DNA from: Zestosphaera tikiterensis
Lineage (GTDB): Archaea > Thermoproteota > Thermoprotei_A > Sulfolobales > NBVN01
Direction of reading: 5' to 3'
DNA: 32,000 bases
Assembly: GCA_003056265.1 (NCBI GenBank)
Contig: NBVN01000003.1
Coordinates: 90,001 to 122,000 of the forward strand
The notes below the pieces were generated by a model, which searched no databases, was not told the origin of the DNA, and was given only the letters and a program-made list of their open reading frames with translations. How positions within the stretch are numbered: the first letter of the stretch is position 1; each line of letters starts with the position of its first letter. Positions 9,359-16,051 of the stretch are shown one piece after another. The translations under genes were made by a program, and so were the position numbers.

Positions 9359-10264
9359 ATGAGGGCTGTATATATCTCCTTCGTTTTGAATTTAATCATA
9401 CTCATACTTAAGGTTATAGCTTTCACGCAATCTAAATCTTCGGCTGTCGATGCTGAGTTTCTCCATGCTTTAGGGAATGCCGTAGGTTCCGGCATGTTGG
9501 TTTTGGGTCTTATTTTAATGAATAGAAGACCTTCGTTTAGATATCCTTTCGGTTTTGGGAGGGGTATATACGTTGCCGGGTTAATTTCAGCGTCTATAGT
9601 GGGTGGTTTCCTATTCTCAATATCTTTATTTACAGGGCTTAACCAGCTTAAATCCTTAGAGAGTGTTTACGTAACTCAAGAGTCTTTACTAGCTGTGGCC
9701 GCAGCCACATTCATGGATTTCAGCATGTTTGTTTGGGCTTTCCACGAATTCCGTAAAGGAATGAACGACCCATCCACTAGAAATACCTTAGTCGAGAATC
9801 TAACGGATTGTGTAGGCGACGTAATCGCCGTAGCAGCGCTTACGACGGTTAACCCACTTCTCGACGCGGTAGGCGCCTTAATAATTGCGGCGATACTTTT
9901 GATTTCCTCTATCAGTTTAGGTTTTAAGTATGCGGAAGTTTTAATAGGTAGGTCAGCTCCTAAGAACGTGTTAGGTAGGGCTGTTAAGGTAGTTCTTTCA
10001 GATCCTAGAGTGGTTGACGTTAACGATGTGAAGTCTCTCGTGATAGGGCCTAATCAATACCTCCTACTAATTCAAGTTGAAGTTCCGGAGAACTTAAGCG
10101 TTGAGGAGATAAACGCCGTACGTGAGGAGTTAGTAAGTAGGATAACGTCTGCTGAGCAAAGCGTAAAGCATGTTGTTATAGAGTTCTATAAACCTACGGA
10201 ACCTCCGAAGACCTTCAAGGAGGTTTTAAAGGATATAATAACTTTATCCCCTTCTAAAGAGTGA
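9359..10264 (+). CDS. Cation diffusion facilitator (CDF) family transporter, divergent metal-site motifs
   Basis: 301 aa. There are about 5-6 TM helices, then a cytoplasmic alpha/beta domain (DVKSLVIGPNQYLLLIQVEV). The TM2 region SSAVDAEFLHALGN and the TM5 region ENLTDCVGD align with the CDF SxALxADxxHxxxD and HxxxD motifs but carry substitutions. The YPFGFGR loop is present. Confidence 0.6.
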   Translation: MRAVYISFVLNLIILILKVIAFTQSKSSAVDAEFLHALGNAVGSGMLVLGLILMNRRPSFRYPFGFGRGIYVAGLISASIVGGFLFSISLFTGLNQLKSLESVYVTQESLLAVAAATFMDFSMFVWAFHEFRKGMNDPSTRNTLVENLTDCVGDVIAVAALTTVNPLLDAVGALIIAAILLISSISLGFKYAEVLIGRSAPKNVLGRAVKVVLSDPRVVDVNDVKSLVIGPNQYLLLIQVEVPENLSVEEINAVREELVSRITSAEQSVKHVVIEFYKPTEPPKTFKEVLKDIITLSPSKE

Positions 10265-10351
10265 GGTCTTTAATAGATGATTTTAAAAGGTTTAAGGATC
10301 TAAGCCCTTAAAAGTAAATATCATTACCAGAATCTTAAAGAGGTGTGATTA

Positions 10352-10684
10352 GTGAGTGATGTTTCAATACATGATAAGAAACAACGTTTGGAAGTCTATC
10401 ACGAGGAAAGCCCTTCGGAAGAGGTAATTAATAAGTTTAACGCTGTCTTAATCATGAGTAGGAAGGGCGAGTTAGTAGACGTTGTTGTAAACACACCTTT
10501 AACTATTGGTGACGTCGAGCCCTTATCTAAGGCGTTAGCTTTAACGGCCGCGTTAGCTAGTAACATAGCTAAGTACTTAAACGGTAATGAGGTTAAGGAA
10601 ATAGACTTAGTGCTTGAAAAAGCTTTTGTTGTGGTACTCCCTGAAAGTACGCATATACGTGTAGCGATATCTTCAGCAACCTAG
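10352..10684 (+). CDS. Roadblock/LC7 (MglB-like) domain protein
   Basis: 110 aa with a GTG start preceded by AGAGGTG. The pattern NAVLIMSRKGELVDVV....PLSKALALTAALASNIAKYL...EVKEIDLVLEKAFVVVLP fits the Roadblock/LC7 alpha-beta-alpha fold profile. No partner small GTPase is present in the window. Confidence 0.5.
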   Translation: MSDVSIHDKKQRLEVYHEESPSEEVINKFNAVLIMSRKGELVDVVVNTPLTIGDVEPLSKALALTAALASNIAKYLNGNEVKEIDLVLEKAFVVVLPESTHIRVAISSAT

Positions 10685-10742
10685 AGTTAATGAGCAAAAA
10701 GAAAAAATTTTAAGGTTAAATACATTTATTTCGCGGTGGTGA

Positions 10743-11006
10743 AAGTTTCCAGAATCTCTCGGCGGGTATAAGGTCGTCTACGCTTCAAACGCTAAGTTTA
10801 CAGTAAATGTAGTCGTCGATAGATGTAAGGAATGCGGCTTATGCATTAACGTATGCCCGACTAAAGTTTTAGAGAAGAGCGATAACTACAATAGGTATGG
10901 TTTTAAATATCCTGAACCGAAGTACATAAGTAAATGTATAGGTTGTAAGCTCTGCGAGTATAGCTGCCCCGACTTCGCGATTTTCGTGGAGGTGATTCAG
11001 AAATGA
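10743..11006 (+). CDS. korD: 2-oxoacid:ferredoxin oxidoreductase delta subunit (2x[4Fe-4S] ferredoxin), start codon unresolved
   Basis: This ORF is not in the track. The open frame 10743-11006 reads KFPESLGGYKVVYASNAKFTVNVVVDRCKECGLCINVCPTKVLEKSDNYNRYGFKYPEPKYISKCIGCKLCEYSCPDFAIFVEVIQK*. It has two CxxCxxCxxxCP motifs. Its stop overlaps the korA ATG (ATGA). No ATG, GTG or TTG lies in frame upstream of the cluster motifs. GTGGTG at 10736-10741 is in a different frame. Confidence 0.65.
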   Translation, partial: KFPESLGGYKVVYASNAKFTVNVVVDRCKECGLCINVCPTKVLEKSDNYNRYGFKYPEPKYISKCIGCKLCEYSCPDFAIFVEVIQK

Positions 11007-12130
11007 AGTTGGAGTTTATGTCCGGTAATATGGCTATAGCTGAAGGAGCTATAACAGCCGGTATGAGGTTTTTCGCTGGTTATCCGATAACACCAGCATC
11101 CGATATAATGGAGTATTTAGCTGAAGTCCTTCCAGAGAAGGGTGGTTTAGTAGTTCAATACGAGGATGAGATAGCCTCTATAAACGCTGCTTTAGGGGCT
11201 TCATGGGCTGGGGTTAAGTCCATGACGGCCACGTCAGGACCTGGATTCTCGTTAATGGTTGAAGCGTTAAGCCTAGCCGCAATAACTGAAACGCCTGTAG
11301 TGGTTGCCGATATAATGCGTGCCGGGCCGTCGACCGGAGTCCCCACCAAGACCTCACAAAGCGATGTATTTCAAGTTAGGTACGCCCCACATGGAGAGCA
11401 TTTAATACCTGCGTTAGCTCCTTGGTCTGTACAGGAAGCTTACGACTTAACCATCAAAGCCTTCAACATCTCAGAGTTGGTTAGGACGCCGGTCATACTT
11501 CTTTCAGACGCGGTAGTCGCGCACATGTGGGAGTCAGCCATAATTAAAGACGTTAACGAAGTTGAGATAGTGAATAGGAAGAAACCCTCAACCCCACCTA
11601 ACGAGTACATGCCTTACAAACCGGATGAAGATTTAATACCTCCGATGGCGAACTTCGGCGAGGGCTATAAAGTCTTAGTTGAATCCCTAGCTCATGACGA
11701 GAGGGGCTACTACAGACAGAGTAATGACGTATATAGGAAACTTATCTGGAGGTTGATAAATAAGGTTAAACGACATATTGATAAGATATACGACTACGAA
11801 ACTTACTACTTAAACAACGAAACGGAGTATTTAATTATTTCCTACGGCTCAACGGCTAGGTCTGCTTTAGCTGCCGTTAGGGACTTAAGGAGGAAGGGGG
11901 TTAAGGTAGGTATGTTTAGGCCTAAAACCCTCTGGCCAACTAAGGAGGAAGTTATTAAGGAAGTAACTAAGGACGTTAAGAAGGTCTTCGTCGTTGAGAA
12001 CAATACCGGTAAGATGGTTGCGGAGTTTGAGAGATATATAAAGAAAGCTGAGGTGGTTTCCATACCTATTTTAAGTTTGGATATACCTACTCCAGAGGAG
12101 ATTTTAGAGGTGGTTTCAAGTTGGCTGTAA
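11003..12130 (+). CDS. korA: 2-oxoacid:ferredoxin oxidoreductase alpha subunit
   Basis: 375 aa. The N-terminus MSGNMAIAEGAITAGMRFFAGYPITPASDI, and the SGPGFSLM and GPSTG.PT blocks, are typical of OFOR alpha. GGAGGTG lies 6 nt upstream of the ATG. Confidence 0.9.
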   Translation: MKLEFMSGNMAIAEGAITAGMRFFAGYPITPASDIMEYLAEVLPEKGGLVVQYEDEIASINAALGASWAGVKSMTATSGPGFSLMVEALSLAAITETPVVVADIMRAGPSTGVPTKTSQSDVFQVRYAPHGEHLIPALAPWSVQEAYDLTIKAFNISELVRTPVILLSDAVVAHMWESAIIKDVNEVEIVNRKKPSTPPNEYMPYKPDEDLIPPMANFGEGYKVLVESLAHDERGYYRQSNDVYRKLIWRLINKVKRHIDKIYDYETYYLNNETEYLIISYGSTARSALAAVRDLRRKGVKVGMFRPKTLWPTKEEVIKEVTKDVKKVFVVENNTGKMVAEFERYIKKAEVVSIPILSLDIPTPEEILEVVSSWL

Positions 12131-12969
12131 CGAGTGAAGCAAGCTTAAGATACTCTACACATCCGTTGGATAAGTACTTACGTGCTGACAGACTACCCCA
12201 CATCTGGTGCTCTGGATGTGGTATAGGGGTAGCCTTAGGGTCTATATTGAGGGCTATCGACAGGAGAGTTCGTGAGGGTTCGTTAGACCCTAGTAAGGTT
12301 GTTTTCGTTACTGGGATAGGTTGCTCGGCAAGGGCTTCATTCTACGTAGGGTTTGACTCAGCCCATACAATACATGGTAGAGCCATAGCTTTCGCTTCAG
12401 GAGCTAAGTTAGCTAACCCCGAGCTTCAAGTTATGGTTGTAGGCGGTGACGGCGACATAGCTGGTATAGGGGGTAATCATTTAATCCACGCAGCTAGGAG
12501 GAACTTAGACATAATAGTTTTTATGATAACTAACTTCGTCTACGCCATGACTGGAGGTCAGTTAGCTCCCACAACACCTCAAGGGCTTTACACCACAACA
12601 ACACCTCATGGAAACCCTGAAAGGCCTTTAAACGTGATTAAATTGGTTTCAGCGTTAATGCCTAACTACGTAGCTAGAGCCTCAATAACGCATCCTCCAT
12701 TGATAGAGCAATACACTTACAAGGCGTTAGGTATGGAGGGCTTTCGATTCATAGAGATTATGTCAACATGCCCTGAGGTTTTCGGTAGGCATGCCGGCTA
12801 TAGAGACCCCGTAACCCTATATAACGTGTTGAGAAGTAAGGTTAGAGTTAAGCAAAACCCACACGTAGATGAGTCTGAGTTAAGTTGGGAGTCAGGAATA
12901 GTTTTAGGGGAGTACCTAATTAGGAACGAACCAGGTTATGTAAGGAAGCTTAAGGAGGTGGTTAGATGA
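12121..12969 (+). CDS. korB: 2-oxoacid:ferredoxin oxidoreductase beta subunit (TPP-binding)
   Basis: 282 aa. It has WCSGCGIG near the N-terminus and the TPP motif GGDGD...GGNH. The TTG start is preceded by GAGGTGG and overlaps the korA end by 10 nt. Confidence 0.9.
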   Translation: MAVTSEASLRYSTHPLDKYLRADRLPHIWCSGCGIGVALGSILRAIDRRVREGSLDPSKVVFVTGIGCSARASFYVGFDSAHTIHGRAIAFASGAKLANPELQVMVVGGDGDIAGIGGNHLIHAARRNLDIIVFMITNFVYAMTGGQLAPTTPQGLYTTTTPHGNPERPLNVIKLVSALMPNYVARASITHPPLIEQYTYKALGMEGFRFIEIMSTCPEVFGRHAGYRDPVTLYNVLRSKVRVKQNPHVDESELSWESGIVLGEYLIRNEPGYVRKLKEVVR

Positions 12970-13499
12970 AGTGGGAGATATTGATAGTGGGTAGGGGCGG
13001 TCAGGGCGTCCTCCTGCTAGGGCATGTTATAGGAGTTGCTGCGGCTAAGTACGCTAAGCTTTACGTAACTGGAACTGAAGCTTACGCTTCAGAAACCAGA
13101 GGGGGCGAGTCCAGGTCAGACGTCATAATATCTGATAACCCAGAGGATGTAGACTTCGTTAAGGTTAGATCCGCTAACGTAGCGTTGTTTATGTACCCAT
13201 ACAACATAGATTCCTATTTAAACCTACTTAACCCTAACGCATACGTATTTATAGACGCAACCTACTTTAAAGAATCACCTAAAGGCCCTTGGAAACTGTT
13301 TAAAACACCATACACGGAAATCGCTGAAAAAACTTTAGGAAACCCCAGAGTAGGTAACATGGTTGCTTTAGGACACATCATAGGCAGAACTAAAATGCTG
13401 AACCCAGAACACGTAGAGAAAGCTATAGAAGAGTTAATCCCTGAGAAATGGATTAACTTAAACATAGAAGCATTTAGGAAAGGCCTAAAAGAACTTTAA
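12966..13499 (+). CDS. korG: 2-oxoacid:ferredoxin oxidoreductase gamma subunit
   Basis: 177 aa. The N-terminus ILIVGRGGQGVLLLGHVIG is typical of OFOR gamma. The junction with korB is an ATGA overlap, preceded by AAGGAGGTGG. Confidence 0.85.
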   Translation: MKWEILIVGRGGQGVLLLGHVIGVAAAKYAKLYVTGTEAYASETRGGESRSDVIISDNPEDVDFVKVRSANVALFMYPYNIDSYLNLLNPNAYVFIDATYFKESPKGPWKLFKTPYTEIAEKTLGNPRVGNMVALGHIIGRTKMLNPEHVEKAIEELIPEKWINLNIEAFRKGLKEL

Positions 13500-13665
13500 C
13501 CCCGCTACATAATTGTAAAATAATTTTCAACAACTAAAACATGAAATTAAAAATTATTTTGATAAACGCCCAATAGACGTAAGAAGCTAAATTTAAACAT
13601 AAGCTTATTACTAAAACTAACGATAATTAACTTGAAAACCAGCAAGATAAAGTCGAGCAAGGAAG

Positions 13666-13920
13666 GTGAAGCATATGACTGCAGAAGTCAGTAACGGATT
13701 GAAATGCCCTAAATGCGGGGGTAAACTAACGCAATACACAGAAACAGAGTCTTACAACGGGTATAAGATATCCAAACATATACTTAAATGCAAGCTCTGC
13801 AACTACAGAGAAGTAACTCAAGAAGTTAAAATAATGAAATCGGAAAACGCTGTAACAATACAAATTCCTCGACCGGAGTATCAGCAAATCAGAAACTTAA
13901 AAATAAAATCAAAAACATAA
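13666..13920 (+). CDS. Small zinc-ribbon protein (hypothetical)
   Basis: 84 aa starting at GTG 13666 (81 aa from ATG 13675). Two Cys pairs, CPKCGG and CKLCNY, are separated by about 25 residues. The gene sits alone inside the most AT-rich spacer of the window. SD-like GGAAGGTG lies just upstream. Confidence 0.45.
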   Translation: MKHMTAEVSNGLKCPKCGGKLTQYTETESYNGYKISKHILKCKLCNYREVTQEVKIMKSENAVTIQIPRPEYQQIRNLKIKSKT

Positions 13921-13965
13921 ACTCATTTAATGTTTAACTTTAATTATATATAAAAATAAAGATTT

Positions 13966-13993
13966 AACAATCATTCATTATTGATTGTTTTAA
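13966..13993 (+). terminator. Hairpin plus T-run downstream of the zinc-ribbon ORF (possible terminator)
   Basis: AACAATCA (13966-13973) and TGATTGTT (13982-13989) form a perfect 8 bp inverted repeat with an 8 nt loop. TTTT follows immediately. Confidence 0.25.
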
Positions 13994-14145
13994 AACAAAA
14001 ACGATTTTCGATTCATCATTCAGCCATACAACTTTATCTGATTTGTAGAGACTTACCAGGTTAAGTTAAGGTTGAAGTTCTCCTTATTGCTCAGGAACGT
14101 AAATAGTTTAAGTTTTTTAATAATGTCAAGTTTAAATTAGTTGAG

Positions 14146-14688
14146 GTGTTTGCGGTGGATGTTGAGGAGCGCTTGAAAGATGTTTTTAAATGTCTCTACG
14201 TTATTGAACGTGATACTGGCGATATTTACCTTAAGATGTCTAAGTCTTTAGAGGATCCTCTACTGTCGCTTACTTTTAAGTGGATTTCTAACGAGAGTTT
14301 AAACCACGCCGAGCTCCTGCAGACTGTTTTAAAAAGGTATTTTAACGTTGACGTTCTGTCTGAAGATCTTAGCCTATGCTATCGTGACTTAGGTGAGTTG
14401 GGTGAGGTAGTTAAGCAGATTTACGAGAGGTTATTGCCTAAAGAGAAGCTAACCGCACGCGATGTTTTCGATGTTTTAAGCTTTCTAGACCTCATAGAGT
14501 TGAACACAGGTGAGGAACTATATAGCAAGCTTGTAATACCTTTAGCGAAGACCATAATGTTAAAACACGTTAAAGTCGAAGGCGATATTGAAGCAAAGAT
14601 CTTATCAGAGCTTTTCAACTCAATAGCTAAAGAAGAGGAAAACCATGAAAAATTCGTGAAACTTATAAAAACCTACCTAACAACCTAG
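14146..14688 (+). CDS. Ferritin-like / rubrerythrin-family four-helix-bundle protein (putative di-iron)
   Basis: 180 aa with a GTG start after GAGGTG. An internal two-fold pattern is visible by eye: ERDTGDIY...ESLNHAE in the first half and ELNTGEELY...EEENHEKF in the second. This resembles the E...ExxH pairs of di-iron carboxylate proteins. Confidence 0.45.
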   Translation: MFAVDVEERLKDVFKCLYVIERDTGDIYLKMSKSLEDPLLSLTFKWISNESLNHAELLQTVLKRYFNVDVLSEDLSLCYRDLGELGEVVKQIYERLLPKEKLTARDVFDVLSFLDLIELNTGEELYSKLVIPLAKTIMLKHVKVEGDIEAKILSELFNSIAKEEENHEKFVKLIKTYLTT

Positions 14689-14872
14689 TCAACCCCTTAA
14701 GGTCGTTAGGAACTTACGCGAATCTGTTAAAATAAACTTCACCAAAGCATACATTACTTCACATTTCTGCTTCAACAGACCTAAAATCCTGAGTAAATCA
14801 AGTTAGCGTACTTTTTCTTTCTGGAATAACGTGAGGGGGACGAACATAAACTTTTGGGGCCCGTTCCGTGTG

Positions 14873-14950
14873 TGGCGGGCCCGCGGGGATTTGAACCCCG
14901 GACCACCGGCTTAGAAGGCCGGCGCCCTGTCCTGGCTAGGCGACGGGCCC
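14873..14950 (-). tRNA. tRNA-Arg (anticodon TCT), CCA encoded, no intron
   Basis: The reverse complement folds by hand into a cloverleaf: GGGCCCG TC GCCTAGCCAGGACAGGGC G CCGGC CTTCTAA GCCGG TGGTC CGGGG TTCAAAT CCCCG CGGGCCC G CCA. The features are a 7 bp acceptor stem, a 5 bp anticodon stem, a 7 nt loop with anticodon TCT, a T-arm CGGGG/CCCCG, a T-loop TTCAAAT, discriminator G and a genomic CCA. Confidence 0.95.
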
Positions 14951-14971
14951 CTTTAAACATATTTTCTTGAG

Positions 14972-14980
14972 TTTAAATAA
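14972..14980. promoter_or_regulatory. Shared TATA-like box between the divergent tRNA-Arg and the first pilin gene
   Basis: TTTAAATAA lies 22-30 nt upstream of the tRNA 5' end (14950, minus strand). It also lies about 35-45 nt upstream of the pilin start codons at 15015/15024. The geometry fits an archaeal TATA centred near -26. Confidence 0.45.
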
Positions 14981-15023
14981 GTTTAATTTACTTGATTCGT
15001 AGATTCTTATTTGGTTGAGGTTG

Positions 15024-15464
15024 ATGGGTTACGGTGTAAGTCAATATGTATCTACAGTTGTTTTAATTGCTATTGTGTTGGGTCTTTCTGTGGTTGTATA
15101 CGCTAATTTTAGGGAATTGCTGCTTTTAACGAGTGATGTGGTGGGTGGGGGTTTAGCTAGGGTTGAGCGTTTCTTAAAGAGTTCATTGCTGTTTAATGCT
15201 GTGTATGTGCGGGGAGGTCGTGAGTTAATACTCATATTGTCCGGTTCCTCAACTCCTGTTAAGATACTCAGTATCTACATTAACAACACAATCTACGTAG
15301 ATAGATGCGTTCTTTCAGGTAATGTGGTAGGTGATGGGGAGTTAAAACCTTACGGCGTTGCTGTAGTAAAGTGTTACGTAGGTGATCTACCTGAAGGTTT
15401 GCTTTACGTTAGAATAACTTACGAGGGAGGTGTTCTTGAAGCTTACGTCGTTAAAGCTGGATAG
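15024..15464 (+). CDS. Archaeal type IV pilin-like protein (class III signal peptide)
   Basis: The N-terminus is MGYG/VSQYVSTVVLIAIVLGLSVVVYANF, or MRLMGYG... if the TTG at 15015 is used. This is a short polar leader, then Gly, then a hydrophobic helix of about 20 aa as in the archaeal pilin N-terminal domain. The remainder is beta-rich. Confidence 0.65.
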   Translation: MGYGVSQYVSTVVLIAIVLGLSVVVYANFRELLLLTSDVVGGGLARVERFLKSSLLFNAVYVRGGRELILILSGSSTPVKILSIYINNTIYVDRCVLSGNVVGDGELKPYGVAVVKCYVGDLPEGLLYVRITYEGGVLEAYVVKAG

Positions 15465-15966
15465 AGGCGTAAGTACTTTAGTTGGGGTTGTTGTTTTTGC
15501 TTTAGTGTTTTTACTTGCGGCTTCTTTCCTCATATCCTATATAGCGAGGTTAACTCAATTCAGCTTAACCCTCAGCAACGAAATCCAAGGCAAGGCTAAA
15601 AACGAGTTAATAGTTAAAGCTGTTTCCGGGTATTGGAGGTTGAAAAACGGGACTGTAGAGATTAACTTAACCAGCAACTACCCCGAGGCGATATTGATAA
15701 CGGCCGTCGTGATCGTATATGAAGACGGAAGCTACGTTATAGCGTCTCAATATGGTGTAGAACCTATAGAGACTCAAATACTTAAATGCGTTGAACCTTG
15801 TTTAAACGCTTTAAGCAATACGTCACTACCTATACCGCTTAACACAGGCCATCAACTATCGATACTTGTTAAGGGGGTTACTCCACAGGAGGTACGTTCC
15901 GTAATTCTAACACTCTCAACTCCCTACACCTCCTTAACATTACCTTTAAATCGGGTAAGCGTCTAA
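15436..15966 (+). CDS. Archaeal type IV pilin-like protein (class III signal peptide), second subunit
   Basis: The N-terminus is MKLTSLKLDRG/VSTLVGVVVFALVFLLAASFLI, which matches the RGVS-hydrophobic archaeal pilin pattern. TTG 15436 lies 5 nt after GGGAGG, and the track start GTG 15430 is also possible. The gene overlaps the end of the preceding pilin gene. Confidence 0.65.
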   Translation: MKLTSLKLDRGVSTLVGVVVFALVFLLAASFLISYIARLTQFSLTLSNEIQGKAKNELIVKAVSGYWRLKNGTVEINLTSNYPEAILITAVVIVYEDGSYVIASQYGVEPIETQILKCVEPCLNALSNTSLPIPLNTGHQLSILVKGVTPQEVRSVILTLSTPYTSLTLPLNRVSV

Positions 15967-16051
15967 TCGAAGTATTTTAAGGCTGAAACCAAACCACATC
16001 GATTAAGTTTTTATTTTAGGTCAATATATCTTATTGGAGCGGTTGCTATAG

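Noticed and set aside
5807-9495. Short antisense or alternate-frame ORFs (5807-6025, 6149-6400, 7235-7546, 7667-7864, 8734-9066, 9292-9495)
   Set aside because: Each overlaps a longer ORF with clear family motifs (Lpd, Gfo/Idh/MocA, NucS, CDF). Their S/T/L/P-rich composition is typical of antisense translation.
14013-14023. C/D sRNA-like core on the minus strand (reverse complement CTGAATGATGA, a D'-like box directly followed by a C'-like box)
   Set aside because: No acceptable C box lies 12 nt upstream (ATCAGAT). No CTGA D box lies anywhere within about 80 nt downstream on that strand. The box architecture is incomplete.
14851-14872. Integrated element bounded by the tRNA-Arg 3' end
   Set aside because: Only a 7-9 nt GC-rich partial repeat of the acceptor strand is present. 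There is no integrase, no second long att copy and no viral or plasmid genes in the window. It is kept only as a low-weight remark in the findings.
11155-15235. Short antisense ORFs 11155-11349, 11842-12063, 13262-13465, 14421-14618, 15041-15235
   Set aside because: They lie antisense to korA, korG, the ferritin-like gene and the pilin gene. They have no motifs and no plausible promoter or SD context.
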